From Lingula anatina (taxonomy: Eukaryota; Animalia; Brachiopoda): DNA of 64,000 bases. The stretch spans positions 33,356,001-33,420,000 of the forward strand of contig CM120642.1 of the NCBI GenBank assembly GCA_051362555.1, read 5' to 3'. Below, one piece after another: positions 14,317 to 27,386 of the stretch. The notes under the pieces were generated by a model, which ran no database searches, was not told the DNA's origin, and saw only the letters and a list, made by a program, of their open reading frames with translations. How positions within the stretch are numbered: position 1 is the first letter of the stretch; every line of letters begins with the position of its first letter. A program made the position numbers and the translations under genes.

Positions 14317-14388
14317 TGCCGTGACCAGGATTCGAACCTGGGTTGTCTCGGCCACAACGAGAAGTACTAACCACTATACGATCACGGC
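14317..14388 (-). tRNA. tRNA-His (GTG)
   Basis: Identical 72-nt body to 13786..13857, with a conserved leader and trailer. Confidence 0.96.
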
Positions 14389-17300
14389 TGCTACGGGAGA
14401 ATGCTCTCCGTTCAACACGTTCGGCTCCCATGTCCTAGTAGATAATTACTTGGATTTTTATTTAATATATTACTGAAGACCCTGTAAGACTATCTCTATG
14501 ATATGAGTGTATAACGGAATACTTCGTAATAATTTAACAAGTGCACATCTGACACTAAAGAAAGCTTAAAAGACACTTGGTCTTTAAGGATTCTTCCAAA
14601 TAATTCATTACTGACTTGTTTTACTTTAGGTCAAGAACATTAAATCGAACTGAAGGCAAAAAGGCACCATGTTTTCCTTTGGTCTTTTTCCAGTGACAAC
14701 AATTTACCAATATATTCTAGGTGTACATTTAGAGGCCACATGCATGTTTAGATCATTAGATCACATGTATTGCATTTATATGCAAGAACGAAAGCATGAG
14801 TTCATTTGCGACTGGGCTTCGAATTTGTGGTTCAGTCTATTGACTGCTTTGGCTCCTTTCCCTTCTGATACTAGCTTTCATCTAAAGCCTGTTAACAGAG
14901 CGCCAATGTGGCAAGCTGGGGTAATACTAGAGTTGTGCGTTCCGAGCTTATTGCGCACTACAGCCCTGGTTCTGACACCTATTTCAGAATAAGATTGACG
15001 ATACATTCAGCATTGAGCTTGTGATGGTACAATGGCCTTTTCCATGCTCCCGCTTCCCTTATGCAATTACGCAGATGATTACTCTTTGCACTTTTTTCTG
15101 CATCCCAAGCGTTGAGATAATCGAAGAGAATAAACATTCATGAATAACTAAGTGAAATAAAACCTGTCGCTCTGTATCTGTACGGGAGTCAATAAAACGC
15201 CTACGCTACCCCATAACACTTCCACGTGTTTATTTATCGTTTCATTCACTCGCAGAGAACCGTCTGGGCGCAGCACATTTTCCCGATACGGCGAATTAAG
15301 CGCTAATCTTCCGTGGCGCGGCCTTCCACTGTTTCTCTTTCAGCAGCGTGCTCCTACCTGTTGCTACTGATGTCCCGAAATCTACCTACATTCTTGTGCC
15401 TGCGGACAAACAGACTGCGGGGCATAGGGGGAATAAAATTACCTTACGTACACAAGGATGTGTTGATTTTCGGGCGCTCCGGCGTTCAGAACCAATGGAG
15501 CAAAAATTAAATAAATCTCTAATGCTGCACATTTAGCTCATTATATTCAAACGGTTTGTTAAGCAACAGAAGGAGAATCCAGTGTTGTGATTTGTGGCGA
15601 GTGAGACCTTGTCACCATTGTTACAGTCATGGAGATGGCTCGTCCTCTCCCAATACCGAGCGTCGCGCGGTCTCAGATTCCGAGATTTTTCTATTAAGCA
15701 TTAATCTATAACGTTTGCACGAATGGATCGGGTTAAAACAAAAAGGTTAAGAATTTCACTTAAATTACCAATAATGGAAGCTGCAGAGGTCTGGATTTGT
15801 TGTAAAGGTTGATTTTAGTCGATTCTGAAACTTCGAAATATTCTGGTCGCTTCAGAGAATTTTAAAGTTTAATAAGAAAACCATCCTATCCCAGCCTATC
15901 TCGAGGCTGGCGGCACTGTATACGAAACTAGAAATCGTGCGACAATCCGCGCGATGGTAGGCTTGTTAAAAGGGTAAACGCTTCATTTTGTAGTACATAT
16001 GTTCAACTAGGCAGGAATGTTCCTTAGGCTAAAAGGTGGAGTTGAGTATTCAGTGATTAGGGTGAACCGCTATGCGCTGAGCATCTTACCTTGGAAGGAA
16101 TAGAAAAATGACACACAAAACATTATGCATCCTACTGTAGTTAAATAAACTGTTATTCGACAGAATGCAAGGCATGGTAGGCCTACACCAGAAAATATCC
16201 GCGGATATATTTTGTCAACTTTCGCTCGTTACCGCACCGCGCGCTAGTCTACCCTTATCCCGACCCCACTAGCCAAGGGAGAGTTTGATCTACATGTATC
16301 TGGAGAAATTCTTATTACGAGAGGTAACGAGAGCTCTACAGCTTGTCTCAGGTGTTTAAATTTTAAGGTTAGCGAATGAAAGTGTCTTCCTCCAGGAGAC
16401 GGTATATAGGATATAGCTTACAGTGGTATGTGCTAACGGTGCTGAGCCCGGTATAAAGCCTACTAAAAAAACATGCAGTATGTATTAAAACTGAATAGCC
16501 TACGCCCTAGTAAGTGTATTTCGGGGGCCTTTATGTTTGTCCAGTGGAGGTTAAAAGGGTCAAGTTAAATGACCTTTCTTAAAGAAACACCCCCAGGAAG
16601 AATTCTCGCCTCAAAAGCAAGTTTTGTAGAATGAGCAAGTTTACAGATATTGACGTAATATATTCGGTTTAAGTGGAAAAGCTAGGAGAGTGGCCGATGA
16701 AATATCCACAATGGTACGCCCCTTAGCCTATAGGCCTACGATAGTTTCCTGCAGAAACTACACCGATTACGGGAATAATGATGTAACGGGCGTTCGATTA
16801 CACACAGACAAAGGAGGCAAATTGCTAATTAACTCTCCTCGCGTATTAATTTTCAGTTATCCACCTAGTTTCATTCAAAAGTGCTTATAATCCAAACAAA
16901 CAACGATCAAACATCGTGGAATTAAGCCTACAATGCACTCTGAAGAAAGCAAGGCTCGTCGTGCTTCGTGGACTCAGACACAGAATGAAAAACCATGCAG
17001 AAAGGAGAGGTTACTTAGTTAAGTCACCATCTACCTGGTCATTGACACGGACGCTCTGGACTGGCTTAGTGACCTCTAGTAGGCTACCCCGCTGAACAGC
17101 GCACATTATCTCGTACTGACCTTCCACTTGACCAGGGCTAGTTTTCAAAGAACGCCAGGTCGCCACCCACTGACCTCCAGTTTTGATACAATTTGATACA
17201 ATTTATCATCTTAAGTAGCCAGCGAGAGCCGTCTGTGGAATTCCATAAATACGAGCTCTGGGGCATTGTGTCATTTTTTAGTTTATTTTAAATAGAATAT

Positions 17301-18187
17301 GGTTTTACCTATGCTCAATAAAATGCACCCTTCATCTGTGGATTATTGGCGCACACAACAACAGCAATACGAGAAAAAACCTAAACACGACACAGCCGAC
17401 AGGCAGAAAAGGCAAAAAAAGAGGAAAAATAAATCAAGTGAAATTGAAGAATTCTTTTGCCATCCAAGTCACATGTACACGCCATCAACAGGTGGCAGAG
17501 TGAGCTAAATACCGGAGTTGCCGCGGCTAAGTGCTCGCTCCTTGTTGCAAAAACAATTATTTGGTCTTGGTTCAAGGCCGTAGCCCCCGTGCACTTGATG
17601 GAGATTTTAAAAGATTTTATCAGGTGCACTTGCTTTTGTTCTGAAAATTTCTAGGCCTACTGCTGGTGGACGTCAAATCTGCCCGCGTATCAAATTATCA
17701 ACTTTGCGTCAATTTGTTTTCGTTTTTATTCCAATACCGCTATATAACTTGTCTCTGTTGAAATTAGTCTCTATGCACGGTTGGGTAATATACCCAGACT
17801 ACCGCTATTTTCATTAATTCAACCCGAGCGTGCGTAAGCTGAATGCGCTTGCAGTCAACTTGGTTTGTTTTTCCCACTATAAATCAAAGTTAATGCGACC
17901 ACCAATGTTACTCAGCTCCGTTGACAAACATCGTGAATATATTCCAATGTAGTGACTGTCCCCATGTTGTTAAATATTTTGTCAAACGGTTTTGAACATA
18001 TTCATGAATTTTCATACAGCAATATTTGGTCTTACACATCACGTGTGAGATTTTTGTCGCAACTGCTACTCTTGACGTCCCCATCGCTGCCGAGAAGGGC
18101 TGTGTTTTACTATGATGACAGTAGGCTTATCAGTCGTCGCGCCAAGTGGCGTTAAATTTTTTAGTGATGAAGGTTTTATGCTGCCGT

Positions 18188-18290
18188 TGAGAGAGAGAGA
18201 GAGAGAGAGAGAGAGGGGGAGAGAGAGAAAGAGAGAGAGAGAGGGGGGGAGAGAGAGAGAGGGAGAGAGAGAGAGAGAGAGAGAGGGGGA
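18188..18290. repeat. Interrupted (GA)n microsatellite / polypurine tract
   Basis: About 100 bp of GA repeats with short G runs. Confidence 0.95.
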
Positions 18291-19270
18291 GTTCTGTACA
18301 ATTACAGTTAACTGCACAACAATACCATTTCAACATGTTTTGTGTGGCGTGTCAATTATTTTTTTTTTCTTTCAGAAACGACGTTCTAGGCACAGAGTTC
18401 CGCCCTTATCGCTGAAAAGTTCACCCCCAACTCTCACGGGTTCTCGCGTGTTTTCTAGATTCGTGTGACGTCAGCCTAGTTAAAGGGTATCTCGGATTAT
18501 TCCCATATTGCTGTTGTCATATTTTCTACCATGTACTGTGCCAGCAACACTCGACCCGAGTCTGATAGTCTGATAACGCTTTGTTCCAAAGCCCCAAAAG
18601 ACCATTTTAACTAAGACCCATGTCAGACTAGCTAGCTTTAGGAAGAAGACGTCTGGGTCACCTCTCAGTTCCACCCCACTCACCAGCTCATGCCACTGAC
18701 ATTTTGACCCCGGGGTGACAAGAGGGGTGGGTGCGTTTTCCGATGTTTTGGTTAACCCGTTGCTGGACGTGGACTCTTTGGCAATACTGCATGATGCCCT
18801 GGTATCGTAATCTCTGAACTTGCCTGCTATCTGTTTGTGTTTTGCTGACCCCAGGCTGCAAACATTTCTACTGGGACTTATTTATTTATCTATTTATTTA
18901 TTGAGTATACGGGTACAGTGGTAATATATACTGTTGAGTACGTGTCTTGAAACAACACAGCATGCTTTGAGATGCTGACTAGAGTCAAGATGAAGAGTAT
19001 ATGATATGAGGAGACGACCAATAGTTTAATAGTTTACTTGGAGGACCTCAATGTCACCATGACCCCCCACCCCTACCCCACCCCCTCGTACCGCACTGTC
19101 TAAACAAATACATGGTGACACATTTAGTCTGTAATCAGAGCAAGTCTGTTTCTGTATTCTCGCAGAAATTATTTAGTACGTGACACATCAGCAGGTTTGT
19201 CACTCTTATATTCTTGGTTGAGCATTTTTTGTCTTCTGGTACAATGCAATCCACTGCAGTGCAAGTCTAA

Positions 19271-19485
19271 GGGCGCATTCCCATAGATTTTAGATCGATC
19301 TATCCCCATGGGGAGTCTCACTAGATCACTGTCAGATAATCCGGCTTAAATGCCCGTCCCGCCTACTACAAGCTGTAAGCGGGTAATTAACTTTCGTGTC
19401 CGCCCAGCTGACAGCTATTTAGCGTGAACCCCCAAGGAGTTAGGTCGATCTAGTTTGGATCGATCTAATCTCTGGGAATGGGGTC
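19271..19485. mobile_element. MITE with TAA target-site duplication (PIF/Harbinger-like)
   Basis: Imperfect TIRs GGGCGCATTCCCATAGATTTTAGATCGATC / GATCGATCTAATCTCTGGGAATGGGGTC, flanked by TAA on both sides. Second copy at 53305..53494. Confidence 0.8.
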
Positions 19486-21317
19486 TAAGAGTAGCTTACG
19501 CCTAAAAAAAAATGGTCCTCCAGTTGTCGCTCCAATTTGTAGGAGGACCCCATTGTATCTCCACCAAATTCAAGTTAAGGTTACTAAAGTTCAAAACCCT
19601 TTTTATCATATGAAGAAAACTATGGGACGGCTCGCCCTATACAATGTGACAGAGGCAAAAGTTCACGGTACCCGCATACCGTCGACTGGGAGCAAGTGAA
19701 TAGGGTGAAGGTGACGGCGTCTGGGACACCTTAGATCCCTGTCCCCGCTGTGACTGAACCTTCACTTGTGCCACTGTCTTCACAGCAGACGCGCACCAGA
19801 GTTAACTAACTGCGCCTCAGGTCGTTTTCATAAGCAATAATGACGACGAATTTGCAAGAAGGGTGATCTTTCTTTTGCTTTTGTATATTTTGACGTTTTA
19901 TTGGTTATTTCTATCATTTATTCTTGTTAGATATAAGTCATTTTTATGTTTCTTTATTTATTTGCTGATCTAGCTGCATTAAAGTTGCTGCATTTTCTTT
20001 ACATTTGCCAGAGGGATCGCAACATAAATTACGGAAATCAGTCAACTAAATGACCTATCCAGAAGACATACACAAGTAGGCCTACACGTGCATATGATAC
20101 ATTACAACATACTATTGACGGGCTCCGATCAAACAGACAGATAACATTTTTTAAGCAGAGTGCTATAAAAATATTTCCTTTCCCTTGTTTCACCAACTTC
20201 ACTCCACATATGTGATATGAAAATCCTAAATTCAGCTTATTCTCTTATTCTAAAAGCAGGTAGCCGAATAAGCTGTCTGATAACCCCCCCCCCCCCCCCC
20301 CCCCCCCCAATACAGGCCAGTTCCCCTGTCAGTGAAGCATCTTCAGTTGGATTCCAAACGCACACACAATCTGTCGAACCCCATGTTCCTGATATCGTGG
20401 GTATGAGATAACTGAGGCAGCGTTCAGCTCGGTTTTAACAAACAACATCTCCGTTTTTATACTTAAAAGGGGGGGGGGAATTAAGTGAAAATCCTTCTGT
20501 AACCATTTTTTCAATCAACACTTTGGTCAGTTCTGGGGATTAAGTCTGGGCTTACAATATTAACCAAGATTACGAATTCTCCGTCCACAGGAGTTAGTTA
20601 TTAAACTTTTTGGTCAAGGACCCACTGAATGCCGCCTCATTCCTGTATCAAATATTGGACAACTAGTTTCAACAAGATAAAGAATGTATACATCAGCCTC
20701 CGTGTTATATGATAAACAATGAATCTACATATTTTCAATAAGATAATATTGGAAGCATTGTCCGACTTGAATATCACCCTCTTTACCACTGTTTCTCAAT
20801 TTAAACCGCTTCAGATCTGAAAACCAAGCAAAGAACATCATAATCCACAAAACGAAAAAAACTATTTATTCAAAACGATAAAGAAAAAACCGACAAAGAC
20901 TGCATTCCTGCTGACTTCAGGGTCGTTGGTCGTATAGCCCCCTGTGTCACACTGGGACGCTCCAGCTACAATGTTAATTCCAGTTCGATACATTGTACCC
21001 CTGCCGCGCGGACCCCACCATCCTTGACGCTGACTGATCCTGCTGGCCTCGAGGGTTTGTCGATAATGGACCTTCTCGGGCAGTTATTGGAGCTCTCTTC
21101 CCGCCGCCCCGGGTCCCTCAGCCATCGAGGGCATATTCCGACCAGACAGTTACGCCGAACTCGCCCGCAGGGACCGGGTCTCGAACCTTAAGTGTCTATT
21201 CATTCCGTCTATAAAGCCATACAGGCTAACAGCAGGTCACTTGGAAGGGTTTTTTCCATAATAAAGAGAACCTTCTCAGACTGATCAGGCTAGTCTGTGT
21301 TCAGAGTCCTCCATAAT

Positions 21318-21568
21318 GCCTAGATTACATTTGAAATTGGATGGTCGTACGGTGCACGTATACTACCCGTCCTACCCTTTTCGTACAGCGTCTGAGCAAA
21401 GGTAAACGGTGGCCTTGCGAAATCGCACGGAATCGTACGGATTTAAGGCCATGTAAAAGTAGACATACTCGGAGTAGCCCGTAGCTCCTTACGATTTCCA
21501 AAAAAAAAAAAAAAAAAAATCGTACGTGCAATTTCATCGCACGGCTCCAGTGTAAATGTAATCTAGGC
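21318..21568. mobile_element. MITE with 15-bp perfect TIRs
   Basis: GCCTAGATTACATTT ... AAATGTAATCTAGGC, with internal CGTACG-like subterminal motifs. Confidence 0.75.
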
Positions 21569-24500
21569 TTCAGTATGTGTGGTTGTCGGGGAAGACTTGT
21601 TCTATGCCTCTTTCTCAAGTAGTGATTGAAAGGGTCTATATTATTTCAATACATTTTTTTGGTATCAGGGGGCCCGCATTTACAGAGACTTATCTCCCCA
21701 TTATCTTCTGACACGAAAAGGGGAAAATAGGTTTTATGTAACGGTTTAACAGTTGAACTGTTATTTATGATGCCAAATGCGTGCAAAAAGTTCAGTTTAT
21801 TCCAACAAAATAATGTGAACATATCGCCCTTGTCTTAACAACTGCTGTGTTTCTACCGAACTGGTGAATGCTTTTTAAATTGAGATCAAATTTTAAATTA
21901 TACTGCCAAACTAAACGCTGTCACTGTTTGAGTAAGGAACGTTGAAATCAAGTTTTTATTAAAAGACAACAATTCAAAAGTCATCCATATTGGTCAAACA
22001 CAATTCTTATAATCAGAATTTGTATCAATCATATTACATTACAATACAAGGTCATAAGATGTATTCACCAGAACATAAATCAATTGAATTGAAATTGTTC
22101 GTGACTGTGGTGTCACTGTTATCACAAAGAAAAAGACCACGGTTAGTAAGGATGGCACTGCAGTAAAAAAACGAGTTGTGAGAGAAACAACGAGCGCCGC
22201 CCATATTTATCATTTTCACACAACATTTCCCACCACGGGCCGTGTGAACTCCAAACAGTAGGTAAGTTAAGGAGGAGATCACAAACGCCGCCTGCTTTCA
22301 GCAGCTGTCACAGGTAGCGTCCCCAACAGGTGTCAGAGACGAGGACAGCGTCCCCTCCACCGCGACACGAACGCCCTGCATTACTGCCCAGGTAACAGCG
22401 GACCCACTAGAACCGCGTAGTTGGAATGTGACTTTGTCAAAAAATGGCGATGAGACTTTGAAATAAAATGGCAATGAGACGGGAACCCCTTAAACCCTGG
22501 TGTATATACTATAGGTCCAAGATATTGTCATAAAATGACTGTTCCTTCCTAATTTCTTTTTTTGAACAAAGAGATTTTTCCTTCAAATAGCTGACTACCA
22601 CTCTCTGGTCACAAGGCCCGCCAGTAGTCTGTTACAAAATTATTGTATCGTAATTGTATTGTAATTATTATATCCTTTATTTTTGCGTACTATTTTAGAG
22701 GCCCCTGATATCAGAGAGTCGCTGACTACTGTCTTTGTAATTTGGTGAATGGATAGAGCATTATCTGAGACCTCTGGCGAATAAATAAATAAATAAATAA
22801 TAGACTGACCTAGTCTTCTATCCACAGTAATTGCCCAGAATGGATTTGGACATTTCGTGTAATCTAGGTGACATAATTTTGGACAACATCTTTGACTTGC
22901 TAAAAATATTCAATTTCACACAAAGTTCTCCTTTATTCTGTAAGAAATAGGGGGGCTACCATTGATTCCACTTCACATTAAAGGTAAATGAGTAAAAACT
23001 TCAGCCCATAACATCAGGAATTTTCCGTCAGTTTTCTACAGAACAGCGTCATTCCGAATTGGCCCTTCATTCAACTGCAGCACGGGTAGCTATTTACAGT
23101 AGGCACCAACATACCACAACACTGCACTACGCAGAAATTGCAGACATAAATCAAGCTTAATTCATTCAGTCCGAAGCAGGGCCATTAAACCAACGACACA
23201 CTAAAGCCTCACTTAGTATCCATTTTGTTCAGCTGACCTGGAGTCCAGTGCTTTTCTCCTTCACGGAGCAATCATAACCCATTCTGCAAACAAGCTGACC
23301 GCTGTCCCTCCAGTTGCATAAGTTGAAAGCAAATCTCTCACCGGCAAATCAACGACAAATCTCTCACCGGTTATAAACTGAGTGATGACCTCTGTGTACG
23401 TGATTTTTTTCGGAGGTGGGGTGAGTCGGGGGAATAGGATACAGAGACATGGGGGGGGGGGGGGGAGGGGGAGGGGGAGGGGTGGAGGTTGGCAAGCATT
23501 AGACTATATTATGTAAGGACCTGGCTGAGCCGCCAATAGCTATCATTTATACATTCCTAGGGTAAACAGCCATAGGAAATCATAGCTTGTAAACCGAGGG
23601 ACTTCATTATTCAGGCAATTGATCTACCAGTAGCACCATATTGGCCAGCTAAGCTAGTGGCAAATGTTCGAGGTTTACCTAACGTTTGGCGCGGTTGATC
23701 CAGTTACTGATCACCAGAATAACCGCAGGCGTGGGAAAATTCTGAAACTTATTTAAATCTTCAGCGCGTTCTCATTGTTCGTGATTATTATACAGGGGAC
23801 TGATAAGTTTAAGTACAATGGAATAGTCGCGGCGTTGTTATCACTTTACTCTATCTTTCACGACAAGATCTTTTCTTCAGTGTGAAGTTCAACCGCCTTG
23901 GGTCCCCACTTACTTTGTAAACACACTATTTATACCGTTATACTTGGTCTCATAATGTCATCCTTCTATTCTACACCTCGTATGTATTACATCTTGTTAC
24001 AATAATATACTAGTCGTACCAATGAAGATAATAAACGCAATCTTTCGATAGCCTTAGCGAAAGAAACACAGTCCATGACGAATTTCCAGTAATCTTGTTC
24101 TGCGAGCACTAAGTAAATGTAAATAACTAATGGCGTCCCAAGGGGGCTAGAGATCCTTGCAAATCTCCCAGTTCTGCTCCATCTCTAGGTGCAAGATAAC
24201 CGTTAAATGAAATGATTTCACTTAACCCAAGAAGTCCCGGACTAGTGGTAACAAACCCAACCGGTTTCCCGGCGGCTAAAACTGGTTAATTCTGTGTCTT
24301 TGTTGATATATGGTTTCACATGTCATACAGAAATAATAGTGGAATATTTGTGTCCGTTTATAGTAACTTGTATTGGTGTAAAATCGATACTAAACGCGAC
24401 AGAAACAAATTGAACTACAACAAAATTGATATTCAATACGCGAATATATTCATCTTCCCTACCCGACAGTGAAATAAATGAATTTATAATGACAGTTTCG

Positions 24501-26880
24501 GTTACTTAAGCCTATATACTAGAAACACATCTGACTATATTCTTAACAGTATTTATTGCAGATTATCGCATCATTTAAGGCAAATGGTCTTTGAAAAATA
24601 ATCACAGCATAACAGTATTCAAGTATTAAACATCTGTTAAATTTGTGTTAAGCAGCATTAACAATTGTGATATATTTGTGACGAACACTATCATTAACGA
24701 GAAACATAATGCACTAGTTTTTGTAGGTCATTGCACAAAATGGTTGAACCTTCACTGCACTGCGTACCACTATATTGCATTTTAATTAAATTGCGTATTT
24801 GAAAATTTTGCACAACATTCGCTGGCTCTCACCGCTGACTTTCGGACATGCACCCTTTCTTCCCAGGAGTCGTCTGCTATTGCCATTGTTTCGAATTTCC
24901 ATTAAAAGAGTTCTACATGCAGTGTTCGGCGTTCGTTGCAAATTCTTTGTCGTCTGTCGACACTCTAATAAAATTCCAGCAAAGTCAAATCTGCCAGCGG
25001 AATCATTTCTCACCCACTATCCGTCATCTTTGAATCCTGTCGTCTGTTCACGTCGTCTGCTACGGTAGCTGGCTGGGCGGGCGGTTTTCACCAAATCCAG
25101 CAACTTAATAAGCCGGTTTAGGACATAAAACGCGCCAAAATTCACGACTCATCATCTGTTCCAAGTTTCTATCAAACTGACATCTTTAGCCGCAGCACAT
25201 TAGCCCGCTATCCACCGGTGCGTGACAGTGCGGCAATTTGGACAATTATCACTTTTTAATTGCCCTGTTATTGCAGTCGGAACATGAACTCTGTCCCCGG
25301 CTCCCCATAGTTAAAATTTAACCAGGATTGAGAGAAAGATACGCAGATTGGACCTTCTTCATATCTCAAGTCAATAAAACCGATAATACTGCCGACATTT
25401 CAAGGAGTGAGGGGAGTTTATTAAACAGCTCCCCTGGCCTGGATGAGACGCTAAAAATGCTGCTGAAAGAGACTAGTCACAGTTCAGCGCCATTCTAATC
25501 CACAGGCAAAGAGAGACGACGCAGCAGCCTGGGGAGGGGTGTGGAAATCCCAAAATTATTATCAATATCACATTATTCCAATCACTGAGGTAAACGGTCG
25601 AACTTTACGGGTGGCCATAAAAAGAGCTTGAGGTCCGAGATGGCGATAAAAAAACGACGCTGTTCTTTTTTTTCCATTCTTCTATCCGAAACCGGCCCAA
25701 TATATCCAGTTTACAGCGTAGTAACAACCACAAGCGCTGTAGACGTTGGCTGTGCGGCCACTCCAGTCGGACTCTAAATCTCTTCTCACACTGAGAGGCA
25801 GTCCCGTAGTAATACTAAGCCTCGGAAAAATACTGACGTGCAGCACAAGGGGCGCAGCACAAGTACAAAAATAAACTTTGGATATCGCTATTTTCATCAC
25901 GTGGTGACGTATTGTAAACAGCCGTGGTGGCCCATTGCGTGGTCTTTAAACTCTGTACACAATATTTACACTATACTCTATACATATATATATATATAGC
26001 ATTATATAATACAACATATTAATAAATTTCAAAGTGATCAATTATTTAAATGAACTTCCCATTCCTATCTGTTAACGATCACAGTAAGCCGAAAAACTCA
26101 ATTAAACAATTAAAATCTCTGAAGACTTCCAACAAGTGAACGGAGGTAGCTTAAACGTGGACAGAAATCGCTCTAATGCCCGGTCGGTTCGCGACAGGTG
26201 CTCCGGCTGAGCTGTGGGAAGAACTGGGACACCCTTTCTCTGGTAAATTCAGTCCGTATTAAGTGTGCTTTAATATTGTACAGTTTATATGGCGTGGCCG
26301 TGTGTGCAGCTGGCGGTATTGAGCAGAGGGCCTATACGGCTGACAACTAGGCTGTGCCCGTATTTCATATTGCGCGGTGGCAATAGATTCGATTTATAAC
26401 AGTAAAACAACTTATGAATGACTCCAGACATTGAATGAAGTGTTACGATGAGAATAAGAAATAAAGGCGAACAAGAAGTCTTTCTGTAAATTGTGAACAT
26501 GATCCTCTACAGTGGAGTTACGCATCGCTGGGTGCTGTTTCACGATTGCGGGGCTAGAACTTAAGTTCTTATGACTTCTGCTATGAACTGTAAGTGTTAT
26601 TTAGTCTGCGCAGCTAATTCTACACGACCTCGCACGTACGATAACCCAGACCCGCATCCTCCACTGTTCACACGCTATCAATCCACAGAAATGGTGCACT
26701 TGTTTCTGCAGCCCAGATTCGGAGGATTTTTCTCAATGGGCCCTCTCTGCAGCACGTGTGTACCACAGCTGCGGAAGCAGCAGCAGCCGAGGCGAGTTCT
26801 CATCTATTCAATATGAACCTGGTCTGTTTGCTCGCGACCGATCTCGCGGGGGTCAGGTTGTTATTTTAACTATCCCATTG

Positions 26881-27204
26881 CTACCGTTTCTGTGCTCGCC
26901 GTGCGTTAATTAAGTAGACGACGATGTCCTGGTGACCCCCATAGCACGCTAAATGCAACGCACTCCAGCCGTCCTTATTCGCTAAATGCACGTCTGCACC
27001 GAATTTCACTAACAGTTTAACCACCTCGAAATTCCCATCCTGTATGCTTTGGTGCAGGGGCGTCTGACCGTCTTTGTCGTATGAGTTCACGTTTATTTTA
27101 CCCTCTCTTTCTTGTAAAATTCTACGCAGTTCATGATGGTCGCCATTTTTTAAGGCTTCTTGAAAAACCTCCTGATAACCCGTAGTCCCCGCGGAGCAAC
27201 TCAT
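26881..27204 (-). CDS. NRARP: Notch-regulated ankyrin repeat protein (107 aa, single coding exon)
   Basis: FQEALKNG...NVNSYDKDGQTPLHQSIQDGNFEVVKLLVKFGADVHLANKDGWSALHLACYGGHQDIVVYLI closely matches vertebrate NRARP (LVKLLVKFGADIRLANRDGWSALHIAAFGGHQDIVLYLI). Size and intronless CDS also fit. Confidence 0.93.
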   Translation of the reverse strand: MSCSAGTTGYQEVFQEALKNGDHHELRRILQEREGKINVNSYDKDGQTPLHQSIQDGNFEVVKLLVKFGADVHLANKDGWSALHLACYGGHQDIVVYLINARRAQKR

Positions 27205-27386
27205 GTCTACAGCGTTCCCGGGACTCGCTCAACAAAATCCGCTACGACGCAAAAAGTATTCGTTCCACTTTTTCTCTGTAATCTGCGCTGGTAATTCTAA
27301 ACGGCCGCTCTGTAGTTGGTGTGTAGCATCGGGTCGACCGTGTGATATACAGCTCTAACCCAATTCACAGCGAAGGGACAACGTTA

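Noticed and set aside
18066-18468. ORFs with ERERER / SLSLSL runs
   Set aside because: Translations of the (GA)n microsatellite.
10200-26800. Numerous 60-120 aa ORFs in the SARDH-NRARP interval
   Set aside because: No recognisable domains, no consistent exon chain, and lengths expected by chance.
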